From Gemmatimonas sp. (GTDB taxonomy: Bacteria; Gemmatimonadota; Gemmatimonadetes; Gemmatimonadales; Gemmatimonadaceae), in the NCBI RefSeq assembly GCF_036405635.1, contig NZ_DASWXE010000076.1, forward strand, positions 2,357 through 66,356: a stretch of 64,000 bases of DNA, given 5' to 3'. Both the position numbers and the translations under genes were made by a program. Below are positions 1 to 9,685 of this stretch, in pieces (within the stretch, counting starts at the first letter, position 1; every line of letters begins with the position of its first letter). The notes beneath the pieces are model-generated. The model ran no database searches. It was not told where the DNA came from and saw nothing but the letters and a program-made list of their open reading frames with translations.

Positions 1-1254
1 GCCGACTTCGTGTCGCTGGTGCGCCTCGATCCGTTCTACAACATCCGTTTCGAGGACGGCTCGGTGTTCCGCTACAACAGCGACACCGATGCCCTGCGCG
101 CGCAGGTGCGGCAATTCGCGCCGCAGGATGAAGCGGGCTACCTGACCTTCCGCGAAAAGGCCGGCGCGATCTTCGATGCTGGCATGCCGCTCATCGACCA
201 GCCGTTCACCAACATCTCGTCCATGGTGAAGGCACTGCCGTCGTTGCTGCGCACCCGCGCCGACCGTTCGGTGGCCGCAATGGCCAACACCTATCTCTCC
301 GACGAGCGGCTACGGCAAGTATTCTCGTTCCATCCGCTGCTGGTGGGTGGCAACCCGTTCCGCGCGTCATCGATGTACGCGCTCATCCACAAGCTCGAAC
401 AGCAGTGGGGCGTGCTGTTCTGCATGGGCGGTACGGGCGCGCTCGTGCAGGGATTGGTGCGTGCCTTCGAAGAGCTCGGCGGCACCATGCGCTACGAGCA
501 CGAGGTGGCCGAAGTGATGGTGAGCAACGGGCGCGCGACCGGCGTTCGTTGTCAGAATGGCGCCCAGTTCGCGGCCGATGCCGTGGTGTGCAATGGCGAT
601 GTGGTGCAGGCGTATCGCTCGCTCATCAAGCCAGAGCATCATCCACGCACATCGGCACGACGTCTCGAGCGCATGCGGCACTCGATGTCCCTGTTCGTGA
701 TCTACTTCGGCACCAATCGGCAGTATCCCGACATCGCACACCACGAGATCCTCATGGGTCCGCGGTACCGCGAGCTCCTCGAAGACATCTTCGAGCGGAA
801 GATTCTGGCCGATGATTTCTCGCTCTATTTGCACCGCCCCACGGCGACCGATCCCTCTCTCGCACCGCCGGGTTCTGATGCGTGGTATGTGCTGTCACCC
901 GTCCCGCACCTGGGCAGCGGCACCGACTGGGAGCGCGTGAGCGAACGCTATCGCGATCGCATCATGCAGTATCTCGAAGAGCGGTACCTGCCGGGATTGT
1001 CGCAGCATGTCGTCACCGAGCGTCGCATCGACCCGCGCTACTTCGAGGGCACGCTCAACAGCTATCTGGGTAGCGCCTTTGGACCCGAGCCCGTGCTCAC
1101 GCAATCGGCCTGGTTCCGCCCGCACAACCGCGATCGGGATATCACGAATCTCTATTTCTGCGGCGCGGGGACACATCCGGGAGCGGGGCTGCCGGGGGTG
1201 ATATCAAGCGGGAAGATTGTGGCGGAGATGATTGGGGCTGCGCGGCGGGACTGA
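1..1254 (+). CDS. crtI: Phytoene desaturase (CrtI family), 5' end cut by the window edge
   Basis: The ORF is open to the window start. The translation matches the C-terminal two thirds of FAD-dependent carotenoid desaturases (FHPLLVGGNPF; C-terminal LYFCGAGTHPGAGLPGV). Confidence 0.85.
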   Translation, partial: ADFVSLVRLDPFYNIRFEDGSVFRYNSDTDALRAQVRQFAPQDEAGYLTFREKAGAIFDAGMPLIDQPFTNISSMVKALPSLLRTRADRSVAAMANTYLSDERLRQVFSFHPLLVGGNPFRASSMYALIHKLEQQWGVLFCMGGTGALVQGLVRAFEELGGTMRYEHEVAEVMVSNGRATGVRCQNGAQFAADAVVCNGDVVQAYRSLIKPEHHPRTSARRLERMRHSMSLFVIYFGTNRQYPDIAHHEILMGPRYRELLEDIFERKILADDFSLYLHRPTATDPSLAPPGSDAWYVLSPVPHLGSGTDWERVSERYRDRIMQYLEERYLPGLSQHVVTERRIDPRYFEGTLNSYLGSAFGPEPVLTQSAWFRPHNRDRDITNLYFCGAGTHPGAGLPGVISSGKIVAEMIGAARRD

Positions 1255-1270
1255 GGGCACTGCAAGAGAA

Positions 1271-1470
1271 GCGGTGGGTGGGACGGGAACTGCTGGGAGG
1301 TGGGTTTTAGGGGGCTTGGTGAGAGGCTGTAGGTGATAGGTGATAGGTCGGACCGGCACCGTGGCGCTTCGACTCCAATGCCAGCTCCTACCTACCACCT
1401 GCAGCTCACAGCCTCGTACCGAGCCCCCTAAGACCCACCTCCCTGCTGTACCGTAGTCCCCGCCGGTCCC
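1271..1470. repeat. Long imperfect palindrome (G-rich arm / C-rich arm) between crtI and tig
   Basis: GGGAGGTGGGTTTTAGGGGGCTTGGTGAGAGGCTGT... (1295-1348) pairs with ...ACAGCCTCGTACCGAGCCCCCTAAGACCCACCTCCC (to 1443). The loop is about 40 nt. The outer flanks are also partly complementary. Confidence 0.75.
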
Positions 1471-1512
1471 TCCCCTACGCCCCCCTCCCCTCCCCCAACT
1501 ACATTTCCCGGG

Positions 1513-2757
1513 ATGAACATTTCCATTACCCCGACCGAAACCGCAGGCGTCTCTCGCCGTCTGCAAATCACGGTGCCGGCCGATACGGTGGCATCGTATG
1601 AAGACCAGGCGGCGCGCAAGTACGCGACCCAGGTGCGCATTCCCGGCTTCCGTCCGGGGAAGGCTCCACCGTCGATGGTTCGCAAGCGCTTCCCCGAAGC
1701 CGTGCGTCAGGAAGCGATCGAACTGGTGATCAATGACGCGTTCCGTGAGGCTGTCGACCGCGAAGGCTTCAAGCTCGCCGCGCAGCCGCACATCCACGAT
1801 CTCAAGTCCGAGCCCGGTCAGCCGCTCGAGTTCGAGCTGCACTGCGAAGTGCGCCCCGAGCTGGCGCTCGACAAGATCGATGGTTTCACGATCACCCGCA
1901 CCGAAACGGCCGTCACCGACGAGCTGATCGAAGAGCAGATCGAGCGCCTGCGTGAGCAGAAGGCCGATTGGACGCCGGTCGAAGAGAAGGCTGCGCCTGG
2001 TGACATGGTCACCGTGATCCTGTCCACCGAAGAGACCGATGGCATCCTGCCCGAGGGCAAGGAATACCGCATCGTGCTCGGCGGCGGTCAGGCCATCCCG
2101 GGCATCGAAGAACTCATCATGGAAACCGCGCCCGGCGCCTCGTCCGAGAAGTCGGTACGCTGGCCGGAAGATTTCCCCGATGAAACGCAGCGTGGTGCCA
2201 CAAAGCTCGTGCGCGTTCAGGTGAAGGACGTCAAGCGCAAGGCATTGCCCGCGCTCGACGACGCGTTCGCGCGTGAAGTCGGTGACTTCGACACGGTGCA
2301 GGCGCTGCGTGACGCGGTGCGCACCGACATGGGCGAGCACACCAAGCGTGAATCCGAAGCCGACGTACGCGGTCAGCTCATCGAGCAGATCGTGACGGCC
2401 AATCCGTTCGATGTGCCGAAGGCGTGGGTGCGTCAGCTGGTGGACGGCTACATGCAGATGTATGGCGTGCCCGATGCGCAGAAGCAGACGTTCTCGCAGG
2501 AGTTCTATCCGATGGCCGAGCGTCAGGTGCGTCGTGACCTGGTGATCGACACGCTGGCCGAGCGCGAGTCGCTGACGGCGAGTGCGGCCGATGTGGACGC
2601 GCGCGTCGAAGAGCTGGCCAAGGCCCGGAACGCCGATCCGGGGCAAGTGTACGCGCAGCTCCAGAAGTCGGGACGCCTCACGGAAGTGGAGCGCGAGCTG
2701 ACCGAAGACCGTGTCTTCGCCTGGCTGCTCGAGAAGAACCCCGTGACGGCAGCCTAA
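1513..2757 (+). CDS. tig: Trigger factor
   Basis: 414-aa ORF with an N-terminal ribosome-binding signature (GFRPGKAP). It sits immediately upstream of clpP-clpX, the classic synteny. Confidence 0.95.
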   Translation: MNISITPTETAGVSRRLQITVPADTVASYEDQAARKYATQVRIPGFRPGKAPPSMVRKRFPEAVRQEAIELVINDAFREAVDREGFKLAAQPHIHDLKSEPGQPLEFELHCEVRPELALDKIDGFTITRTETAVTDELIEEQIERLREQKADWTPVEEKAAPGDMVTVILSTEETDGILPEGKEYRIVLGGGQAIPGIEELIMETAPGASSEKSVRWPEDFPDETQRGATKLVRVQVKDVKRKALPALDDAFAREVGDFDTVQALRDAVRTDMGEHTKRESEADVRGQLIEQIVTANPFDVPKAWVRQLVDGYMQMYGVPDAQKQTFSQEFYPMAERQVRRDLVIDTLAERESLTASAADVDARVEELAKARNADPGQVYAQLQKSGRLTEVERELTEDRVFAWLLEKNPVTAA

Positions 2758-2800
2758 GCTGACGTCCGACCAGAAGAATCCCATACCGGAGAGTCGCAGC

Positions 2801-3415
2801 ATGGCGTCGATCTACATGCCGTACATCATCGAGCGTTCGAGCCGTGGTGAGCGGACGTATGACATCTTCTCGCGGCTCCTCATGGACCGCATCATCTTCC
2901 TGGGGTCGCCGATCAACGACGACGTCGCGAACATCATCATCGCGCAGATGCTGTTCCTCGACGCGGACAACCCCGAGAAGCCGATCCACCTGTACATCAA
3001 CTCCCCGGGTGGTTCGGTGTCGGCTGGCCTGGCCATGTACGACACGATGCAGTTCATCAAGGCGCCGGTGTACACCACGTGCATGGGCATGGCGGCCTCA
3101 ATGGGCGCCTTCCTGCTCTGCGCCGGTGCGCCGGGCCATCGTGCGGCGCTGCCGCACAGCCGCATCATGATTCACCAGCCGTCGCAGAACGGTGGCGGCG
3201 GCTCGGCCTCGGACATCGAAATCCAGGCCCGCGAAATCCTGTACCTCCGTTCCAAGATGAACGAACTGATGGCCAAGCACACCGGCCGTCAGGTGGAACA
3301 GGTGGAGCGTGACACGGACCGTGACCGCTTCATGAGCGCCGACGATGCCAAGGAGTACGGCCTGATCGACAATGTGATCCAGGTCCAGGCTGAGCTGGTG
3401 CCTGCTGGGCGCTAA
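2801..3415 (+). CDS. clpP: ATP-dependent Clp protease proteolytic subunit
   Basis: N-terminus [17 protein letters not shown], Ser motif GMAASMGA, His motif IMIHQP. GGAGAG lies 8 nt upstream of the ATG. Confidence 0.97.
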   Translation: MASIYMPYIIERSSRGERTYDIFSRLLMDRIIFLGSPINDDVANIIIAQMLFLDADNPEKPIHLYINSPGGSVSAGLAMYDTMQFIKAPVYTTCMGMAASMGAFLLCAGAPGHRAALPHSRIMIHQPSQNGGGGSASDIEIQAREILYLRSKMNELMAKHTGRQVEQVERDTDRDRFMSADDAKEYGLIDNVIQVQAELVPAGR

Positions 3416-3431
3416 ACGGCGGTTGTGGGTC

Positions 3432-3561
3432 GCGCGGTAGCGGGTTTGGGGGTGAACGGATCGGGTTCGGGCAATGGGTAGTGGGGTGCGAGTCTCGGCA
3501 CCCGCCACCTTGTACCCGAAACCCGGCTGTTCACCCCCAAACTCGTTTCCCCGCTACCCGC
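3432..3561. repeat. REPIN-like palindromic element, copy 1 (GGGTTTGGGGGTGAAC core)
   Basis: GCGGTAGCGGGTTTGGGGGTGAACGG...CGGGTTCGGG... pairs with ...CCCGAAACCCGG-CTGTTCACCCCCAAACTCGTTTCCCCGCTACCCGC. About 130 bp, in the clpP-clpX spacer. Confidence 0.8.
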
Positions 3562-3650
3562 CCCGCTTTGTGGTGTAGTAAGGTCCAGCCGCGAAGACCA
3601 CTGTGGTTTTTGGTCCCAGGTGCCGACACTCATCTCGGCGTGATCTTCGC

Positions 3651-3679
3651 TTGACCCTGCCCGCCGAACAGGGTTAACT
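3651..3679 (+). promoter_or_regulatory. Sigma-70-like promoter candidate for clpX
   Basis: TTGACC (3651-3656), a 17-nt spacer, TTAACT (3674-3679). About 105 nt upstream of the clpX ATG. Confidence 0.5.
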
Positions 3680-3689
3680 CTCTACGTAT

Positions 3690-3737
3690 GTGCAACATGG
3701 GCCGCCACGGATGGTGGCGCCGGACATGTTGTTGCAC
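3690..3737 (+). promoter_or_regulatory. Stem-loop at the predicted 5' end of the clpX leader
   Basis: GTGCAACATG...CATGTTGTTGCAC outer stem, with an inner GCCGCCAC-GGA-TGGTGGCGC pairing, read directly. Confidence 0.45.
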
Positions 3738-3783
3738 TCAATCGGGAAGCCGGCCTCCCCCGTTAGCCCCGTACCGGATCGCA

Positions 3784-5046
3784 ATGTCCCACGACAAGCA
3801 TCTCCGCTGCTCCTTCTGCGGCAAGTCCAAGGACGCCGTCCGGAAGTTCATTTCGGGCCCGTCGGTCTACATCTGCAACGAGTGCATCGCGCTCTGCAAT
3901 GAGATCCTGGCGGAGGACGAAGAGCGCGAGGTCGCTGAATCGATCACGCAGGTGCCCACGCCCCGCGAGATCAAGAACACCCTCGACCAGTACGTGATCG
4001 GGCAGGATCAGGCCAAGAAGGCGCTGTCGGTGGCGGTGTACAACCACTACAAGCGCATCAATGCCTCCAGCTCGGCCCGTGAAGACGACGTCGAACTCGA
4101 CAAGTCCAACATCCTGCTGATCGGCCCCACCGGCGTCGGCAAGACGCTGCTGGCGCAAACGCTGGCGCGCATTCTGGACGTGCCGTTCACCATCGCCGAT
4201 GCCACCACGCTGACTGAAGCCGGCTACGTCGGTGAGGACGTGGAGAACATCCTCGTGCGCCTGCTGCAGGCTGGTGACTTCAACGTCGCCGAGTGCGAGC
4301 GTGGCATCGTCTACATCGACGAAATCGACAAGATCGCGCGCAAGTCGGAAAACCCGAGCATCACGCGTGACGTGTCGGGCGAAGGCGTGCAGCAGGCCCT
4401 GCTCAAGATTCTCGAAGGCACGGTGGCCAGTGTGCCGCCGCAGGGCGGCCGCAAACATCCACAGCAGGAGTACATCCAGATCAACACGAAGGACATCCTC
4501 TTCATTTGCGGAGGGGCCTTCGACGGCCTGGAGAAGATCATCGAGGCGCGCACGGGCCGTCGCATGATCGGCTTTGGCGACGAGAAGCCGGACACGAAGG
4601 TCGTGTCCATCGGCAAGACGACGCCCAAGACGCCGTTCGCGGAAGTGGAGCCGGACGACCTGCTTCGCTTCGGCATCATTCCGGAGCTCGTGGGTCGTCT
4701 CCCCGTGTGTGTGCCGCTCGAGGCACTCGACGAGGAGGCGCTCATGTCCATCCTCAAGGAGCCGAAGAACGCGCTGACCAAGCAGTACCAGCGCCTGTTC
4801 GACCTCGAGGAAGTGAAGATCACCTTCGAAGAATCGGCGCTGCGTGCCGTGGCGGCCAAGGCGCTCAAGCGCGGCACAGGCGCCCGCGGCCTGCGCGCGA
4901 TTCTCGAAGAAACGCTACTCGACACCATGTTCGACCTGCCCACGCGAGAGGATGTCGTGGAGGTGCGTGTCACCGAAGCCGCCGTACAGAGCGGCGGCCC
5001 ACCGCTCCTCGAGATCGCGCCCAAGCGGCAGAAGAAGGAAGCCTGA
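3784..5046 (+). CDS. clpX: ATP-dependent Clp protease ATP-binding subunit ClpX
   Basis: C4 zinc finger (CSFCGK...CNEC) at the N-terminus and Walker A GPTGVGKT. Start moved to the internal ATG 3784 ([14 protein letters not shown]), because the upstream part of the ORF is Cys/Arg/Trp-rich junk. Confidence 0.97.
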   Translation: MSHDKHLRCSFCGKSKDAVRKFISGPSVYICNECIALCNEILAEDEEREVAESITQVPTPREIKNTLDQYVIGQDQAKKALSVAVYNHYKRINASSSAREDDVELDKSNILLIGPTGVGKTLLAQTLARILDVPFTIADATTLTEAGYVGEDVENILVRLLQAGDFNVAECERGIVYIDEIDKIARKSENPSITRDVSGEGVQQALLKILEGTVASVPPQGGRKHPQQEYIQINTKDILFICGGAFDGLEKIIEARTGRRMIGFGDEKPDTKVVSIGKTTPKTPFAEVEPDDLLRFGIIPELVGRLPVCVPLEALDEEALMSILKEPKNALTKQYQRLFDLEEVKITFEESALRAVAAKALKRGTGARGLRAILEETLLDTMFDLPTREDVVEVRVTEAAVQSGGPPLLEIAPKRQKKEA

Positions 5047-5081
5047 CCACACCACGCACTCAAAGGACCGGCAGCCACAGG

Positions 5082-7556
5082 TTGCCGGTCCTTCCGCTTC
5101 GCGACGTCGTGTTGTTCCCACACGTCGCCATGCCCCTGCTCATCGGTCGCGCCGGCTCGCTCGCCGCAGTAGCCGAGGCCCTCGAAGGCTCGCGTGAACT
5201 CCTGCTCGTCACGCAGCAGGATCCCGAAGTCGCCCAGCCCACCGGCAACGACCTGTATCGCATCGGCGTGCGGGCACGACTGCAGCAGGCCAGCCGCGTA
5301 TCCGGCGGCACCATGAAGATCCTGGTCGATGCGACCGAGCGCGTGATCGTGCGCCGGTTCGGCGTCAACAAGCCGAAGGACAGCAAGGCGAGCCCGTTTC
5401 TCGAAGCGCGTTTCGACGCGCTCCCGCTGGAACGACCAGCGCGTAAGGCTGCCGAGCAGACCTCGGCGCAGGTGCGCCATGCGCTGTCGTTGTTCGAGGA
5501 GTACGCCGGTCTGCACCGCCGCCTCGCCCCGGAAATCGTGGGCATGTTGCAGGGGCTCGAGCAGGAAGAGCGCATCGCCTACGGCATCGCGGCGCACCTG
5601 CAGATCACGATCGACCAGCGCCAGCAACTGCTGGCCGCGAAGTCACTCGACGCGCTCGCGACGCAGCTGACGCAGGTGCTGGGCAGCGAACTCGAGTTGC
5701 TCAAGCTCGAACGCAAGATCGACGACCAGGTGCGGAGCTCGCTGTTCCAGAACCAGCGCGAGTTCTTCCTGCAGGAGCAGCTCAGGGTCATTCACCGCGA
5801 ACTCGGCCAGGATGATGGTGACGAGTTCGAGGATCTCGCGAAGCAGGTGAGCGAACGCGGCCTGCCCGAAGCCGTGCAGACGCGCGCGAACCGCGAGCTG
5901 CGCCGCATTCGGCGCAGCTCGCCCACCTCACCCGACGCCGCGGTCTCCCGTGGTTGGCTGGACTGGGTGCTGGCGCTGCCGTGGAATGTGCGCACGGAAG
6001 ACACCACCGATGTGGACGCCGCGCGGGCGCTGCTGGAGGAAGACCACTTCGGCCTCGAAGAGGTGAAGGAGCGCATTCTCGATCACATCGCCGTGCTCGG
6101 GCGTGTCGGCACGCAGCAGGGATCCATCCTGTGTCTCGTCGGTCCGCCGGGTGTGGGCAAGACCTCGCTGGGTCGCTCCATCGCCAAGTCGCTGGGTCGC
6201 CGGTTTGTGCGCATGGCGCTGGGCGGCGTGCGTGATGAAGCCGAGATCCGTGGTCATCGCCGCACGTACATTGGCTCGATGCCGGGACGCATCCTGCAGG
6301 CGATGCGGCGTGCGGATTCCATGAATCCCGTCATCCTGCTCGACGAGATCGACAAGCTGGGCAGCGATTGGCGCGGTGATCCTGCCGCCGCACTGCTCGA
6401 AGTGCTCGACCCCGAGCAGAACAAGGCATTCAACGATCACTACCTCGAGGTCGACTACGATCTGTCGCAGGTGATGTTCGTGACCACCGCCAACTCGCTG
6501 AGTGGTATCCCGGAGGCGCTGCGTGATCGCATGGAGATCATCCGGCTGCCCGGCTATCTCGAGAGCGAAAAGCTGGCGATTGCACGTCGCTATCTCGTGC
6601 CCAAGCAGCTCACGTCCAATGGTGTCCCGGCCGCGCAGGTGACACTGGCCGACGACGTACTGCCGGCCGTGATCCGTGGCTGGACGCGTGAGAGCGGTGT
6701 GCGCGATCTCGAGCGGCGCATCGCGCGTCTGTCACGTAAGCTCGCGCGGCGCACGTGGGCCGACGATACGCAGGTCACCGTCAGCCGTGACGAGCTCCCT
6801 GCCCTGCTGGGACCCATTCAGCATCAGGACGACGAGCCCACACTCGAGGATCAGGTGGGTGTGGCGTCTGGGCTGGCCTATACCAGCACCGGCGGCGAAC
6901 TGCTGGAGATCGAAGTGAGCGTGGTGCCTGGCCGCGGCCGCGTACAGCTCACGGGCACGCTGGGCGATGTGATCAAGGAGTCGGCCGCCGCGGCGCTGAG
7001 TTATGTGCGCGCACGTGCGACTGCACTGGGTCTGTCGCCGGATTTTTATCGTGAGCGGGACATTCACGTGCACCTGCCCGCTGGCGCGACGCCCAAGGAT
7101 GGCCCATCAGCGGGCATTGCGCTGGCCACCGCGTTGACGAGCGCCCTCACGGGCATTCCGGTGCGCGGTGATGTGGCAATGACCGGTGAAGTCACGCTGC
7201 GCGGCCGTGTCCTGCCCATTGGGGGGGTGCGTGAGAAAGGTGTGGCCGCGCATCGCCATCGCCTCAAGCACGTCATCATTCCGCAGGGCAACGCGAAGGA
7301 TCTCGGCGAGCTGCCCGAGGATGTGCGCGGCGGGGTGCAGTGGCACACGGTGAAGACGATGGACGAAGTGCTCGCCCTCGCGTTGCGCCAGCAGCCGGTC
7401 GGCCTCGCCAGCGATGTGCCAGCGCCTGCCCTGGCTGATCGTGAATCGCGTCCGCGATCGCGGAGCCGCTCGTCGTCGCGTCGTCCCGATGCGTCCGGCC
7501 GTGAGGGTGCGCGTGAGGGTGTCCTGGTGCACACCGAGCAGGGGCAGCCCACGTGA
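5082..7556 (+). CDS. lon: Lon protease (LonA type)
   Basis: [15 protein letters not shown]-domain start, Walker [10 protein letters not shown], proteolytic Ser in PKDGPSAG. The ORF track extends to 4506, but that part overlaps clpX out of frame. TTG 5082 is the only start codon after the clpX stop, so the start is uncertain. Confidence 0.92.
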   Translation: MPVLPLRDVVLFPHVAMPLLIGRAGSLAAVAEALEGSRELLLVTQQDPEVAQPTGNDLYRIGVRARLQQASRVSGGTMKILVDATERVIVRRFGVNKPKDSKASPFLEARFDALPLERPARKAAEQTSAQVRHALSLFEEYAGLHRRLAPEIVGMLQGLEQEERIAYGIAAHLQITIDQRQQLLAAKSLDALATQLTQVLGSELELLKLERKIDDQVRSSLFQNQREFFLQEQLRVIHRELGQDDGDEFEDLAKQVSERGLPEAVQTRANRELRRIRRSSPTSPDAAVSRGWLDWVLALPWNVRTEDTTDVDAARALLEEDHFGLEEVKERILDHIAVLGRVGTQQGSILCLVGPPGVGKTSLGRSIAKSLGRRFVRMALGGVRDEAEIRGHRRTYIGSMPGRILQAMRRADSMNPVILLDEIDKLGSDWRGDPAAALLEVLDPEQNKAFNDHYLEVDYDLSQVMFVTTANSLSGIPEALRDRMEIIRLPGYLESEKLAIARRYLVPKQLTSNGVPAAQVTLADDVLPAVIRGWTRESGVRDLERRIARLSRKLARRTWADDTQVTVSRDELPALLGPIQHQDDEPTLEDQVGVASGLAYTSTGGELLEIEVSVVPGRGRVQLTGTLGDVIKESAAAALSYVRARATALGLSPDFYRERDIHVHLPAGATPKDGPSAGIALATALTSALTGIPVRGDVAMTGEVTLRGRVLPIGGVREKGVAAHRHRLKHVIIPQGNAKDLGELPEDVRGGVQWHTVKTMDEVLALALRQQPVGLASDVPAPALADRESRPRSRSRSSSRRPDASGREGAREGVLVHTEQGQPT

Positions 7557-8242
7557 GCGACACGGACACGTCCGCCGACATGCCGGTGGACAAGACGGCT
7601 GCCACGCCCGATCCGATGGTGATCCGTCACCTCGAGTATCTCGGGCCGATGGCCACGGTGGATGGCTGGCGCCCTGACAACCAGTTGCCGGAAATCGCGT
7701 TCGCGGGCCGCTCGAACGTGGGTAAGAGCTCTCTGCTCAACAAGCTGATGCGCCGCAAATCGTTTGCGCGCGTCAGTACGACGCCCGGGCGCACACGCGA
7801 GATTCATTTCTTCGACGTGAACCATCAGTTCGTGCTGGCCGACCTGCCGGGCTACGGCTACGCGCGCATCAGCAAGGCGCGCAAGGCGGAATGGCGGCCG
7901 CTGATCGAAGGATATCTCGGTACCAGTCCCCGGCTGCAGGGCGTGGTGCAACTGCTCGACGTGCGCCACGATCCCACCGACGAAGACTACGTCATGATGG
8001 ACTTTCTGGCGGAAGTCGGGGTACCAACCATCGTGGCCATCACCAAGACCGACAAGCTCAAGCCGGTGCAGGCCCGGGCGCGGGTCGAAGAGCTGTGCAA
8101 GCGATTGGGGCTCGACCCCGATCAGGTGGTGCCGTTTTCGGCGCAGACCGGTGAAGGCCGCAATGAGCTGGCCGCGGCCTTGATGCAATTGCTGGCCATG
8201 CCCGACTGGCGAACCGTGGCGGAGGATGAGGAGGAGCAGTGA
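7553..8242 (+). CDS. engB: Ribosome biogenesis GTPase EngB/YsxC/YihA
   Basis: P-loop [22 protein letters not shown]. Its GTG start overlaps the lon stop (GTGA). Confidence 0.9.
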   Translation: MSDTDTSADMPVDKTAATPDPMVIRHLEYLGPMATVDGWRPDNQLPEIAFAGRSNVGKSSLLNKLMRRKSFARVSTTPGRTREIHFFDVNHQFVLADLPGYGYARISKARKAEWRPLIEGYLGTSPRLQGVVQLLDVRHDPTDEDYVMMDFLAEVGVPTIVAITKTDKLKPVQARARVEELCKRLGLDPDQVVPFSAQTGEGRNELAAALMQLLAMPDWRTVAEDEEEQ

Positions 8243-8949
8243 TGCGAGCCGTGCTGCGAGGTGACAAGCGACGTGCACCCGATTTTCGCAGGCTCCTCTG
8301 GCTTCCGGCCTGCCTCGCGCTGCTGGCCTGCGCTGGTGCGACTCCGGCGCCCGCACAGGCTCAGGTGGCTCCGGCCATTCTGCCAACTATTTCCGGCGAC
8401 ACACTCGATCCCAACTGGATACCTGCCGGGTTTGGCACCCTGCGGCAGGATGACATCGCGCTCAAGACTTCACCGTCATCGGGTCTGCAGGTGCGCGCCA
8501 TCCCGGTCGACGAGCGTTTCATCCGACTGCTCTCACCCGACTCCTATCGCGCCCTGCGCGAACTGGTGAACGGCAATGAGCGCAAGCTGCAAGCCATTCG
8601 CGAGCGCAGCCGCCTGCCCAGCTATTCAATCTGGTACGTCAGCTTCTTTGCGATCGAGCAGGGCGAGACGCGGTTCTCGCCGCAGGAGTTCATCATCTCC
8701 AACACGGGTCGCGATTTCCGACCGCTGGACATGGTGCCGCTGACACCGGGCTTCGGTGAGTACCGCCTGCGCCAGCGCGAGGTGCAATCCGCCCTGCTGG
8801 TGTTCGACGGGCAGCTCGATCTCAATCAGCCGGTCAGTGCCCAGATGGAGAGCGCCCCCACGGTGACCGATTGGGGTTCCGTGCTACAGCGCGTGGAGCG
8901 CGAACGGGCAGCCGTACGGTCACGAGCAGGGGCGAAAAAGAGATTCTGA
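8239..8949 (+). CDS. Hypothetical secreted protein or lipoprotein
   Basis: 236-aa ORF with a hydrophobic signal-like segment (LLWLPACLALLACAGA) and good GC3 bias. The start overlaps the engB stop. I recognise no family. Confidence 0.6.
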   Translation: MMRAVLRGDKRRAPDFRRLLWLPACLALLACAGATPAPAQAQVAPAILPTISGDTLDPNWIPAGFGTLRQDDIALKTSPSSGLQVRAIPVDERFIRLLSPDSYRALRELVNGNERKLQAIRERSRLPSYSIWYVSFFAIEQGETRFSPQEFIISNTGRDFRPLDMVPLTPGFGEYRLRQREVQSALLVFDGQLDLNQPVSAQMESAPTVTDWGSVLQRVERERAAVRSRAGAKKRF

Positions 8950-8996
8950 GTTTCGGGGGAGAGTTCGGAGCTCGACCTCCAACACCCGAAACTCAG
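8946..8996. terminator. Stem-loop between convergent genes (CTGAGTTTCGGG ... CCCGAAACTCAG)
   Basis: A 12-bp perfect stem, read directly, with an approximately 27-nt loop containing an inner GGAG...CTCC pairing. It starts inside the stop codon of the upstream CDS. The CCCGAAAC motif is repeated just downstream. Confidence 0.5.
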
Positions 8997-9020
8997 ACCC
9001 GAAACCCGTCTCACGGCAGG

Positions 9021-9626
9021 TCAGCCCAAACCCGTCCTCGCGCGGCCCGGAACCGCCGCGCGCAAGACATCCTCCACCGCTCCCGCATCACCCGTACGCA
9101 GCAGCCACATGGCGTGTCGTACCGCCTCATGCTCGCGCGGCCACGCCAGCTCAGCTTGAACGTCATCGGCAGTCCGCCACCGAGCCAGATCGTGTTCTTC
9201 GCTCAGTAGGACGGCATCATCATCCAACGTGTCTGCATCGACCACGGCCGCGAACACCAGCGCCAGCTGCACGGTGTCCATGACGGGGATGTAGAACGGG
9301 TTCACGGCGAGATTGTAGAGCCGATCGACACGAAACCCGGTCTCCTCGAAGACTTCACGGCATGCCGCATCGGCCGGGCGCTCTCCGGCCTCGATACGGC
9401 CATGCACGATTTCCCAGGCCCCGGTGCATCGGGTACCGACCGCGCGCCGCAGGGTGAGCACCCGCCACCGCGCGGGATAGACGCCCTCTGCTGCCGGCGC
9501 CAGCACCACCACATCGACGATGCGTGCCGCAATGCGGGTCGCCCCGTCGGTGCCATCCGCACCACTGTCCCGTCCCGCCGCCATCCCCGCACCTCGCACA
9601 AAGTCGTGTGCCTGCAGACTGCTCAC
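9021..9626 (-). CDS. NUDIX hydrolase
   Basis: Nudix box GRIEAGERPADAACREVFEETGF. Confidence 0.8.
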   Translation of the reverse strand: MSSLQAHDFVRGAGMAAGRDSGADGTDGATRIAARIVDVVVLAPAAEGVYPARWRVLTLRRAVGTRCTGAWEIVHGRIEAGERPADAACREVFEETGFRVDRLYNLAVNPFYIPVMDTVQLALVFAAVVDADTLDDDAVLLSEEHDLARWRTADDVQAELAWPREHEAVRHAMWLLRTGDAGAVEDVLRAAVPGRARTGLG

Positions 9627-9685
9627 ATCACGGGGAATGCTAGGCTATCGCTTGCCCTCCGGCGAGCGACGCGGCGACCTTTCCG

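Noticed and set aside
4506-5081. A 190-codon N-terminal extension of the lon ORF, giving a 1016-aa ORF that overlaps clpX.
   Set aside because: The extension is an out-of-frame overlap of clpX with Arg/Gly-rich nonsense translation. The Lon homology begins at LPVLPLRD just after the clpX stop.
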